64,000 bases of DNA, taken from IMG/VR virus record IMGVR_UViG_3300044631_002422, positions 32,001 to 96,000 of that record. The stretch is one strand, 5' to 3'. How positions within the stretch are numbered: position 1 is the first letter of the stretch; each line of letters begins with the position of its first letter. This DNA comes from a virus. A program made the translations under genes and the position numbers. The notes beneath the pieces are model-generated. The model did no database searches. It had not been told where the DNA came from and saw nothing but the letters and a program-made list of their open reading frames with translations. Below are positions 55,437 through 64,000 of this stretch, piece after piece.

Positions 55437-57525
55437 AATACCTGATTATCTTAAAAAGTCAGCAAAAGATTATGGACAGATAATTAAAAGTGGTACAGAA
55501 GTATTAAAAGAAAAAAGCAGTTATGAAATTATTTCTGTGGGTCCAGCAATTGATATTGCTCTTGGAGGAGGAATAAAAGAAGGTAGTTGGGTTACTTTAA
55601 CCGGCGATCCTAAGAGCGGAAAAGATCAGCCACTGACATCTACAGTTTATACACCAGATGGTCCTAAAACAATGGGATCATTAAAAATTGGAGATTTGGT
55701 TTGTACTCCAGATGGCGACTTCGCGAAAATAAACGGTATTTATCCACAGGGATTAAAAGATGTTTATAGAGTTACATTTAATGATGGAACTTTTGCGGAG
55801 TGCGGGATAGACCACTTATGGAAAGTATGCAAAAATTATCACGGAAGAAATGACGAATGGGTAGTTTTACCATTGAGACAGATAATAGAAGAAGGCTTAT
55901 TTTACAGCGATAGAGCAAAGTGGAAAATTCCTATATGTGAACCTGTTTATTTCGGCTGTAAAAATCTTGAAATAGATCCGTATATACTGGGGTGCTTAAT
56001 TGGCGATGGTGGGTTGTCACAAGGAACTCCTATTATTACCACATCAGATAATGAAATTTTAGAAGCTTTTAAATATTATGCAAAAAATAATGGCTTAGAA
56101 ATTCATCATAGATCAAGATATGATTATTCTATTGTTGGATATGAAAAAAATGTTAATAATTTAACTAATAAGTTAAGAACATTAAATCTTATGGGTAAAA
56201 ACTCTCATACAAAATTTATACCACAAAACTATCTTTATTCATCTATTAATGATAGATTTGAATTAATTCGTGGGCTGATGGATACTGACGGATATAATGA
56301 CAATGGTAAGTCTGCTGAATACAGCACTGTGTCATACTTATTAAGTATTCATGTGGCAGAGTTATTGCGTTCGCTTGGGTATATGGTAAAAACAAAAGAA
56401 AGAATGACAAAATGCAATGGTCAAGAATTTAAATCTTTTAGACTTTATATATCAGGCAATGATGTAAATAAGCTTTTTAAGCTTAGTCGTAAAATTTTCT
56501 ATTCAAAAAGAAAAAAACCAAAATTATTCAAAACTATAAAGAAGGTTGAAGTTGTTAGAAAAGAAGAAACTCAATGTATCTTTATTAACCACCAAGACCA
56601 TCTTTATTTAACTGATAGTTTTAATGTTACTCACAATACAACTACAGCAATGCAGATAGCCGCTAATTGCCAAAAGCTTGGAAGAAACATAATTTATATT
56701 GACGCAGAAGGAAGATTCAAGGATATGAATTTTCAAGTGGACGGACTAGATCCTGAAAAGATGCTTATTATGGCTCCAGAAGACAAACCTATTCCAGCTG
56801 AGAAGTTTCTTGAATGGGCTTATATGATGATGAGTCACTCTGACAATTATGGGGCAGTATTGATTATTGATTCTATATCGTCGCTAATACCAGAAAAAGA
56901 ACTTGATGGAGATTTCACTGCTGGCCGCGCTGGATTACCAAAGGTTCTTTCTGTATTCACGAAGAAGGTTGGTCAGTTACTACCGAGGCAACGCGGTCTT
57001 GTTATTGCAATAACTCATTACATTGCGAATACATCCGGTTTTGGTAAAGCTAAAATGGCTGATGGTGGAAATAAAATTCAATATCAAGCTGACACAAGAA
57101 TGGAAATTGCTGGCGGCGGAGAAAATACCCCGGCAGTTAAATTTTGGGAAGATGATGAAGGTAAACGAGTTGGTCAGGTAGTTAACTGGAAAATTATTTG
57201 TTCATCTATGGGACCACCGGGAGGACAGGTACAGAGTTATATCAAGTACGGCCACGGGATTGACCGAACGCAGGAAATTTTAATGCTTGCTTTAGATCTC
57301 GGTTTAATAGATAAATCCGGCGCTTGGTTTACTTGTTCTTTTATTCAACTTTATAAAGATTTAGCAAAACAAATTTTTCCAGATATAAATGTTGAAAATC
57401 AAGAAGAGTTGTTTTCAGTAAAAGGTTTTAAGTTTCAGGGGCAAAATAAACTATATGATTTTTTGAAATCTCATCCAGTTCTTGTTGATACCCTAGAAAA
57501 GATGATAAAGGAAAACTTAACATGA
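55423..57525 (+). CDS. recA: RecA/UvsX-like recombinase containing an intein
   Basis: D.ALGGGI, Walker A GDPKSGK|TT, YIDAE, IIDS, GG.KI, GAWF. Confidence 0.9.
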   Translation: MAVTKIPDYLKKSAKDYGQIIKSGTEVLKEKSSYEIISVGPAIDIALGGGIKEGSWVTLTGDPKSGKDQPLTSTVYTPDGPKTMGSLKIGDLVCTPDGDFAKINGIYPQGLKDVYRVTFNDGTFAECGIDHLWKVCKNYHGRNDEWVVLPLRQIIEEGLFYSDRAKWKIPICEPVYFGCKNLEIDPYILGCLIGDGGLSQGTPIITTSDNEILEAFKYYAKNNGLEIHHRSRYDYSIVGYEKNVNNLTNKLRTLNLMGKNSHTKFIPQNYLYSSINDRFELIRGLMDTDGYNDNGKSAEYSTVSYLLSIHVAELLRSLGYMVKTKERMTKCNGQEFKSFRLYISGNDVNKLFKLSRKIFYSKRKKPKLFKTIKKVEVVRKEETQCIFINHQDHLYLTDSFNVTHNTTTAMQIAANCQKLGRNIIYIDAEGRFKDMNFQVDGLDPEKMLIMAPEDKPIPAEKFLEWAYMMMSHSDNYGAVLIIDSISSLIPEKELDGDFTAGRAGLPKVLSVFTKKVGQLLPRQRGLVIAITHYIANTSGFGKAKMADGGNKIQYQADTRMEIAGGGENTPAVKFWEDDEGKRVGQVVNWKIICSSMGPPGGQVQSYIKYGHGIDRTQEILMLALDLGLIDKSGAWFTCSFIQLYKDLAKQIFPDINVENQEELFSVKGFKFQGQNKLYDFLKSHPVLVDTLEKMIKENLT
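55624..56637 (+). mobile_element. class 3 intein with LAGLIDADG endonuclease (338 aa)
   Basis: Begins DQPL, block B HLW, LG.LIGDG and GLMDTDG, block F Cys, ends VTHN|T. Confidence 0.88.
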
Positions 57526-58451
57526 ATTTTTGGAGTCTTCAAAAAGAAGGTAAGATTGATGGAAAATTTTTCTGCAATTTATACAAATGTTGCAAGGAAA
57601 TAAACATACAGGATTTAAAAAATGGAACTCGTAAAAACACTTACGAAGCAATGCAGAGTTATATCAATATCGATGAAAATTCTCCTACTTTAGTAACACA
57701 TGCTGGAGACTGGGGAATAAAGAAAAATCAATGTAGTATTACATCTAAAAACATATACGCTTATACTATTGAAGATGCAACTCACGGAGGAGTGTATCTT
57801 AATCTAGAAATAGATTCAGTTCTGCCAAATGTAAAAAGATGGTTCATGTCAAACATGGGTCAGCTTTTGCATGAAAAGATATACCCAGTTCCGTTGAACA
57901 TCCTTAAAAAGGATTGGCAAGGAATAGATATAAATCAATTGAGACATGTCAAAAAAGAAAAACTATGCTACGCAAATTTTACAATCACTTCTCCGTACAG
58001 AATACGGGTAGCTGAGTGGGCTTGGGGTGAAAAGTATATTGATTGCCATTTCCCGAAACGGTATGCAAATCAAGACATAGAACTTAGTATGCCAATCTTA
58101 AAAGAGCAAAGACTTTCTATGCAACAATTTACAGAAGTTTTATCTTCTTATCATTTTTGTATTGCGCCAACTGGAAACGGACTCGACACGTTTAGAACTT
58201 GGGAATGCATTTTATGCAATACAGTTCCAATAGTTCAAGACAATTGGATGAATAGAGTTTTCTCAAAAATATGGCCAATGATCATAGTGCAAAGATATGA
58301 ATTTACCGATGTTTACAAAAAGATAAATGAATTTCATGAGCAATATGGGAAAGTAAACTACGATTATTCTTTGCTGCTAGAAGAAAATTTTGATTTACTG
58401 CTAGATAGGATTGAATATGAAAGTAATAGGCTTAGACGGGAATACATATAA
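57522..58451 (+). CDS. exostosin-like (GT47-like) protein
   Basis: FCIAP.GNG.DT.R.WE......VPI. Confidence 0.7.
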   Translation: MNFWSLQKEGKIDGKFFCNLYKCCKEINIQDLKNGTRKNTYEAMQSYINIDENSPTLVTHAGDWGIKKNQCSITSKNIYAYTIEDATHGGVYLNLEIDSVLPNVKRWFMSNMGQLLHEKIYPVPLNILKKDWQGIDINQLRHVKKEKLCYANFTITSPYRIRVAEWAWGEKYIDCHFPKRYANQDIELSMPILKEQRLSMQQFTEVLSSYHFCIAPTGNGLDTFRTWECILCNTVPIVQDNWMNRVFSKIWPMIIVQRYEFTDVYKKINEFHEQYGKVNYDYSLLLEENFDLLLDRIEYESNRLRREYI

Positions 58452-58821
58452 GTGGAATCCAAAATCAGGCTCAGATTCAGCCAAAAGGTCAAAACTTCAT
58501 GAAAAGGCAAAAATAATTCTTGACATATGTTTTCCTTATGATAGAATTCTACAAGAGGTTTCTTTACCCGGAACAAAAACACAAGGAAGAAAAGGAACTC
58601 TTCGGGCTGATTTTTTTATTCCGAATAGGAATCTTGTTGTAGAAATACATGGACAACAACACTTTAACTTTAACAAGTTTCATTTTAAAGATAAATTATC
58701 ATTCTTTCGCGCTCAGGCTAGAGACAGGGATAAGCGCGAATGGTGTAATATAAACGAAATTAAGATAATAGAATTCAATTACAACGAGAGTGAAGATGAC
58801 TGGAGAAGAAAAATTAGCTGA
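58417..58821 (+). CDS. Vsr/DUF559-like PD-(D/E)XK endonuclease
   Basis: L.ADFFIP....VEIHG.QH, RD..K..WC..N.I. Confidence 0.75.
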   Translation: MKVIGLDGNTYKWNPKSGSDSAKRSKLHEKAKIILDICFPYDRILQEVSLPGTKTQGRKGTLRADFFIPNRNLVVEIHGQQHFNFNKFHFKDKLSFFRAQARDRDKREWCNINEIKIIEFNYNESEDDWRRKIS

Positions 58822-59275
58822 ATTTTTACAAGTCATAGAGGATTGGAAATTCTCTAAACATCTCAAGGAAGTGAAACCGCCAAAAGATGAATCTACATTG
58901 AATGCCATTCTAAATGGAAATTCCGAATGGTTAAAAATGCTGAACGATAAAGAATGTATGATGTACGCTTATGAACTTTATGTTTATGCTGAATATATTG
59001 AAACCATAAAAGCCAAAGAAAAAACAGTTTTAGAATGGGCGGATTCGTCTATTTGGTTTATAATAGGTGGAGTAATTAACCAGTACGGCAGTCAATACTC
59101 AAAGTGGCAAGAAAAGTATTACGCCGCTGTAAAAGAAAATCCACTCGCGTCAGAGATACTCAAGATTAAAAATCATGCAGAGGCTAGAGTAAGAATGCTT
59201 GATGGGAAACATGATAGATTGATGAAAATGGCGGACACTTTAAATAATTTAGCGAGGAGAAAGTATGGACAATGA
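58790..59275 (+). CDS. helical hypothetical protein
   Basis: 161-aa ORF in the replication operon. Confidence 0.6.
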   Translation: MKMTGEEKLAEFLQVIEDWKFSKHLKEVKPPKDESTLNAILNGNSEWLKMLNDKECMMYAYELYVYAEYIETIKAKEKTVLEWADSSIWFIIGGVINQYGSQYSKWQEKYYAAVKENPLASEILKIKNHAEARVRMLDGKHDRLMKMADTLNNLARRKYGQ

Positions 59276-59669
59276 ACATTTAAAAAGCATAGTAGATTCT
59301 TTGTCACCGGAACAGGTTGCGGATCTTTTACAACAAATACTTAAACAACAATCGGAAAAAAATGAGAAACCTACCTATAAAAGAAATCCACAAACTAGCG
59401 AAAAAAATGACAACTCTTTTGTAATGAAGCAAGAACAAAGCAAAGTTAGAAAAACACCAGTCACAGAAGGCAGGCGTTTTAATAAGTTTAAAGACACTGG
59501 CGAACATCGTGACGAAGTAAACAAAACGCCAGAAGTTAATCTAACTGAAAGACGAAGACCAACTTTCAAACAAGTAGACCAAGTTTGTACACGTTGCAAC
59601 AAAAAAGTTCAGGTTCATCCCCAACATGCTCGCGATTTTTATGTGTGTGACTCATGCCTAAGAAAGTAG
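59265..59669 (+). CDS. hypothetical protein with C-terminal Zn finger
   Basis: CTRC...CDSC. Confidence 0.65.
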   Translation: MDNEHLKSIVDSLSPEQVADLLQQILKQQSEKNEKPTYKRNPQTSEKNDNSFVMKQEQSKVRKTPVTEGRRFNKFKDTGEHRDEVNKTPEVNLTERRRPTFKQVDQVCTRCNKKVQVHPQHARDFYVCDSCLRK

Positions 59670-61126
59670 AAAATAAACTAGAAGACTTAGCTTCAGAAAG
59701 AGCCGTTCTGGCAGCACTTTGCCAACACGGTCTTGATGCATATCTAGATATAGATTTTATTGATTCTAGATCATTTACAGACCCCATGAATCAATTGATA
59801 TTTGATTGTATTTATAAGTCAATTTCTGAAAATACTCAAGTCGAACTATCGTCCATTCTTTCGGCAGCGAATAATCTTGGCGTTGCGGATCAAATAAACA
59901 ACAAAGATGAAATAGCATTTATAAGATCTTTGTTTAATTTTCCAATACACAAATCAAATATTGGAACATACGCTACAAAAATAGCCAAGCTCAAATTGGC
60001 TAGAGATTTACTGAAAACCCTTCGAGCTTGTGAAACTGAACTTAATTCAGTGACAGGCGAAGAAGATATTATTGATATTATATCTAAAATAGAAGAGCCT
60101 CTACTTGACGCAACTAGCGATATATACCAATCATCAAGCAAAAAAACACAAACTCTTGGCGAGGGATTAGATGAATACTTAGAATATCTTTCAAATAACG
60201 TATCTGATTTTGTTGGAATATCTAGCGGTTTTCCAGCTTATGATGCTGCGATTGGCGGAGGTCTTCGTAGAAAATCTGTTGATCTTGTCGCCGCAAGACC
60301 AAAAGTAGGCAAATCAATGTTTGGTGATGCGGTCGCTTTGCATGTAGCCAGCAAGTTGAATGTACCTGTTTTAGTTCTTGATACAGAAATGTCTAAAGAA
60401 GATCATTATAATAGAATTCTCGCGAACTTGTCTGGTGTTGAAATCAATAGAATTTCTACTGGAAAGTTTACTGAAAATGAAATAGATAAAGAGAAGGTAT
60501 TTAACGCTGCAAAAAAACTAAAAGAAATACCATATCATTATATTAGTATTTCTGGAGAGTCTTTCGAGAACATACTCAGTCAAACAAGAAAATGGATTTA
60601 CCAGCATGTTGGATTTGATGAAAACGGAAAAACAAAAGATTGTTTGATAGTTTATGACTATCTCAAACTAATGGGATCGGAAGGCATTAGCGCTGCTATG
60701 CAAGAGTATCAAGTGCTTGGTTTTCAAATTACTAAACTGCATAACTTTACAGTCAAGTATGATGTTCCATGTTTAGCTTTTGTACAATTGAATAGAGATG
60801 GTATCACTAAAGAAAGCACAGACGCTGTTTCTGGTTCGGATCGTTTGATTTGGCTTTGTACTAGTTTTTCAATTTTTAAATTGAAATCAGATGAAGAAAA
60901 AGCAACCGATGGTGTAAACAATGGTGACAGAAAACTTGTACCAGTTGTTTCTAGACATGGCGAAGGGTTGTGTGATGGTGATTATATTAGTATGAAGATG
61001 CATGGTCGTTACGGAAGAATTGAACAGGGTTTAACGAGAAATGAAATTCACGAAAACAATAAAGTCAGACAAGAAGGTTTTGAAACAGACAACATTAACG
61101 AAGGAGAAGATCTCATCGTTATGTGA
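59654..61126 (+). CDS. dnaB: replicative DNA helicase
   Basis: E.AVL, AARPKVGKS, EMS, DYL.LM, QLNR. Confidence 0.93.
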   Translation: MPKKVENKLEDLASERAVLAALCQHGLDAYLDIDFIDSRSFTDPMNQLIFDCIYKSISENTQVELSSILSAANNLGVADQINNKDEIAFIRSLFNFPIHKSNIGTYATKIAKLKLARDLLKTLRACETELNSVTGEEDIIDIISKIEEPLLDATSDIYQSSSKKTQTLGEGLDEYLEYLSNNVSDFVGISSGFPAYDAAIGGGLRRKSVDLVAARPKVGKSMFGDAVALHVASKLNVPVLVLDTEMSKEDHYNRILANLSGVEINRISTGKFTENEIDKEKVFNAAKKLKEIPYHYISISGESFENILSQTRKWIYQHVGFDENGKTKDCLIVYDYLKLMGSEGISAAMQEYQVLGFQITKLHNFTVKYDVPCLAFVQLNRDGITKESTDAVSGSDRLIWLCTSFSIFKLKSDEEKATDGVNNGDRKLVPVVSRHGEGLCDGDYISMKMHGRYGRIEQGLTRNEIHENNKVRQEGFETDNINEGEDLIVM

Positions 61127-62123
61127 TGAAGTCTTTTTGAAGATTGATGATTTATTAGAAAAGCTTGAAATTGACTATGTTAAATACCCAAATAGACTAG
61201 CGTTTCCATGTCCAGTGCATGGAGGCGATAATCCAGAGGCTTGTTGTATTTTTACTGATGGAATTAGTAATCAGGGTAATTGGGCTTGTTGGACTCATTC
61301 CTGCCATGAAGAATATGTAAATAATCTTTTTGGTTTTGTTCGGGGTTGTTTATCATACAAACAAAACAAACCAGTTTCCATGATTGAAACATCTAATTTT
61401 TTATGCGACTTTATATCGAAAGATATCGACGAATTGGAAGTTAAGCAAGTAAGAGAATCTAAGAGTCTTGATATTTTCAATAGAAAAATAACGAGAGCTA
61501 CATCTAACATTTCTCGCGAAGAAATAAGAGATAGAATACAAATACCTTCTGAATATTACATTCGCAGAGGATACTCGTCTGAAATTCTTAATTTATTTGA
61601 CGTTGGAGAATGTTTGACAGAAAATCAGCCAATGAGTGGTCGTGTAGTCGTTCCAATTTATGACGAGGGCTCTAACTATGTAGGATGCGTTGGAAGATCA
61701 ATCAAAGAGCATATAAATCCAAAATGGCTACATAGTAAAAACTTCACTAAGAATGTTTTGTATGGAATGAATCTTGCAAAAGAATGTATATTGAAAACAA
61801 GAACGGTCGCAATTGTCGAAGGACAGGGCGATGTATGGAGGGCGTTTGAAGCTGGATTAAACTTTACTGTAGGAATATTTGGATGTAGTTTAAATGACGA
61901 TCAATTGATATTACTAGAGCAAAGTGGAGCTTTAAATGCCATAATACTAACAGATCAAGACGAAGCAGGAAATAAAGCGGCAGAGCAAATAATGCATAAA
62001 TGCGGTCGTAGATTTAACTATATAAGACCAAACTGGTCAACAAAAGATATTGGTGATTTAACAGTCGAACAAATTAAAACAGAAATATATCCTCAGTTGA
62101 AAGGACTTGTTGATGAAAACTAG
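61041..62123 (+). CDS. dnaG: DNA primase
   Basis: CPVH Zn finger, R.V.PI, VEG..D, D.D.AG TOPRIM. Confidence 0.88.
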   Translation: MKFTKTIKSDKKVLKQTTLTKEKISSLCDEVFLKIDDLLEKLEIDYVKYPNRLAFPCPVHGGDNPEACCIFTDGISNQGNWACWTHSCHEEYVNNLFGFVRGCLSYKQNKPVSMIETSNFLCDFISKDIDELEVKQVRESKSLDIFNRKITRATSNISREEIRDRIQIPSEYYIRRGYSSEILNLFDVGECLTENQPMSGRVVVPIYDEGSNYVGCVGRSIKEHINPKWLHSKNFTKNVLYGMNLAKECILKTRTVAIVEGQGDVWRAFEAGLNFTVGIFGCSLNDDQLILLEQSGALNAIILTDQDEAGNKAAEQIMHKCGRRFNYIRPNWSTKDIGDLTVEQIKTEIYPQLKGLVDEN

Positions 62124-63009
62124 AATTTTGGCATTTGCTGGAGCTAAACAAGCTGGCAAATCTACTTTTTCAAATTTTTTACATGGGTATCAGCTTCGCG
62201 CACAAGAAGTGGTACAAGATTTTGCAATTGCTGAAAATGGCAAACTTGTGGTTAAAACGGAAGTCATTGAAGATGGAAAAACTCAAATTGGCGAAACATT
62301 TCTAGATACATCAAGAAAAGACCCTGATTTCGTAGAGTGGGCAATGTATAATATGTGGCCATTTGTAAAAAAGTATTCGTTTGCCGATACATTAAAAGAA
62401 ATTGGTATGACGTTGTTCGATTTGAGTTACGAGCAGGTTTACGGCTCGGAGGCGTACAAAAATCAATTAGTTGAACATCTTCGATGGGAAAATATGCCCG
62501 GAGTTCTCACGGATGAACTTTGTGATATTTATCAGGATGTGTGTAGTGCAAATGCAAATCCTAAAGATTGGCCCTTGGAATACTCTAAACTAACTTATCA
62601 CGCCGCAGGCCCAATGACAGTGCGTGAATTCCTCCAGTTTTTTGGAACGGAAGTATGTCGTAAGATTTACTCGCCAATATGGGTAAATCGAACCATCAAA
62701 GATATACAGCAAGAAGAGCCTTTGCTTGCAGTTGTGGATGACTGTAGATTTGAAAACGAGATACGGGCCATACAAAAAGCTGGCGGAAAAGTTATCGGTT
62801 TAACACGCAAGCCGTCTAAAGATGATCATGGAAGCGAACGTGTTATTGAGCAACATTCTGATATATTAGATGCTATTATCGATAACCAAAACATGGAAAT
62901 TCTAGATGTTTGCAAATCTATCATTACTCAATTGGATGAGTGGGGTTGGCTTGGAGCGCAAACAATTACAAACAATACAAAAGGACTTCACACCATAAAG
63001 GGTAAATAA
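62113..63009 (+). CDS. deoxynucleoside monophosphate kinase
   Basis: GAKQAGKS, SFAD.LK, RE.LQ..GTE..R, DDCRF.NE, H.SE. Confidence 0.85.
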   Translation: MKTRILAFAGAKQAGKSTFSNFLHGYQLRAQEVVQDFAIAENGKLVVKTEVIEDGKTQIGETFLDTSRKDPDFVEWAMYNMWPFVKKYSFADTLKEIGMTLFDLSYEQVYGSEAYKNQLVEHLRWENMPGVLTDELCDIYQDVCSANANPKDWPLEYSKLTYHAAGPMTVREFLQFFGTEVCRKIYSPIWVNRTIKDIQQEEPLLAVVDDCRFENEIRAIQKAGGKVIGLTRKPSKDDHGSERVIEQHSDILDAIIDNQNMEILDVCKSIITQLDEWGWLGAQTITNNTKGLHTIKGK

Positions 63010-64000
63010 TGATAGTTACATACATCAGAAGTTCTTCGTATAACAATTACGATTACTGCGAAATGCAGTATTTTATAACTTACGTTCTTGGTCATACATC
63101 GACTTCTGGTAAAAAGGCACAGCTTGGCACTATTGTCCATAAAGTTATGGAGTGCCTTGCTTCCTGCAAAAAACATCTTCAAGATAATCAAGATGAAAAA
63201 AGTTTGTTTATCAACGACGACGCTTTGGGCAAAATAAACTTTACTCCCAAAACTCTATTTACAAAAGCTTTTGTTTTTAAGTTACTTGATCAAAGCTATG
63301 AATACTATACAGCAAATTGTACTCATAAGTATATTACGGCAGATAAAAAGTTCTGTAAAGAATCAACTGATATTGCTTTGGATTACAACGGGGGTCAATT
63401 TGATCCTAGAAATAGAAACATAATTCAAGCAGAGCCTCATTTTGATATACCAATCACTCAAGAGTGGGCAAAATTTAAGTACATGATTGACGGAAAAGAA
63501 GTTGAAGGGCAATTAGCTATAAAAGGAACAATAGACCTTGTAACCAAGGTAGATGATGGTATAATCGAGGTGATAGACTGGAAGACTGGACAAAGAAAGA
63601 ACTGGGCGACTGGCGAAGAAAAAACTTACGAAAAACTAATTGATGACCCGCAATTACTTTTGTATAATTATGCAATATCTCAACTTTATCCTGAATATGA
63701 ACAAGCAATAATGTCGATATTTTTCATACGAGATGGAGGCCCATTTAGTATGTGCTTCGACAAATCTGATCATGATAGATTTTTAGAGATGCTTGAAAAA
63801 AGATTTACAGAAATCAAAAATAACACAAGGCCGAATTTATGTTCTCGTAATCGAACAAGTTTTAAATGCACAAGACTTTGTGATTTTTATAAAAAAAATT
63901 GGCCCGGAACAAATGTTTCGATGTGCGAACATGTTGAAGAACATTTAAAAACTTTTGGACACGATACTACTATAGAGAAATGCACAAGAGAAGGACATAA
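63009..64000 (+). CDS. PD-(D/E)XK nuclease (AddB/Cas4-like), 3'-partial
   Basis: Manual translation: MIVTYIRSSS..C..LGTIVHKVME..KGTIDL..IDWKTG..QL.LY..C-terminal Cys cluster; runs off the window. Confidence 0.85.
   Translation, partial: MIVTYIRSSSYNNYDYCEMQYFITYVLGHTSTSGKKAQLGTIVHKVMECLASCKKHLQDNQDEKSLFINDDALGKINFTPKTLFTKAFVFKLLDQSYEYYTANCTHKYITADKKFCKESTDIALDYNGGQFDPRNRNIIQAEPHFDIPITQEWAKFKYMIDGKEVEGQLAIKGTIDLVTKVDDGIIEVIDWKTGQRKNWATGEEKTYEKLIDDPQLLLYNYAISQLYPEYEQAIMSIFFIRDGGPFSMCFDKSDHDRFLEMLEKRFTEIKNNTRPNLCSRNRTSFKCTRLCDFYKKNWPGTNVSMCEHVEEHLKTFGHDTTIEKCTREGH

Noticed and set aside
63009-64000. Cas4 as evidence of a CRISPR-Cas system
   Set aside because: It sits in the replication operon; standalone Cas4/AddB-like nucleases are common in phages and no array is present.
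1-64000. Stop-codon reassignment or a diversity-generating retroelement
   Set aside because: Conserved genes are intact in the standard code and end in TAA, TAG or TGA. No suppressor tRNA, reverse transcriptase or adenine-specific repeat pair was seen.

Overview
A 64-kb segment of a large lytic dsDNA (tailed) phage genome. Almost all genes are on the + strand and the standard genetic code is used. The host is probably a planctomycete (inferred from a DUF1559 prepilin-like gene). Positions 1-13 kb form an early/host-takeover region of small ORFs, an amidoligase + class II glutamine amidotransferase pair and a DUF932-like gene. This region is punctuated by six copies of a modular intergenic element (GC-rich segment, a TAAGTCC-N11-GGACTTA palindrome whose core occurs in both orientations, in three copies an antisense sigma54-type -24/-12 box, and in the five forward copies a downstream sigma70 promoter) and by a second 48-bp repeat family. 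Positions 14-43 kb carry accessory genes (thioredoxin, YopX x2, Endo VII-like nuclease, GGCT, DUF3445, UvsE, UDP-glucose dehydrogenase, GuaC, glycosyltransferases, proteases, SSB, a sigma factor), a tRNA cluster, tmRNA and a tRNA-Leu(UAA) split by a group I intron. Positions 44-64 kb carry nucleotide-metabolism and replication genes (NrdAB, ThyX, MazG, PhoH, RecA with a class 3 intein, DnaB, primase, dNMP kinase, a partial PD-(D/E)XK nuclease). The most unusual signals are (i) six tRNA-like RNAs with intact acceptor and T arms but rebuilt D/anticodon arms, plus three tandem T-arm hairpins inside the group I intron, and (ii) the repeated early-region element. All calls were made by eye from motifs; no database searches or folding programs were run.
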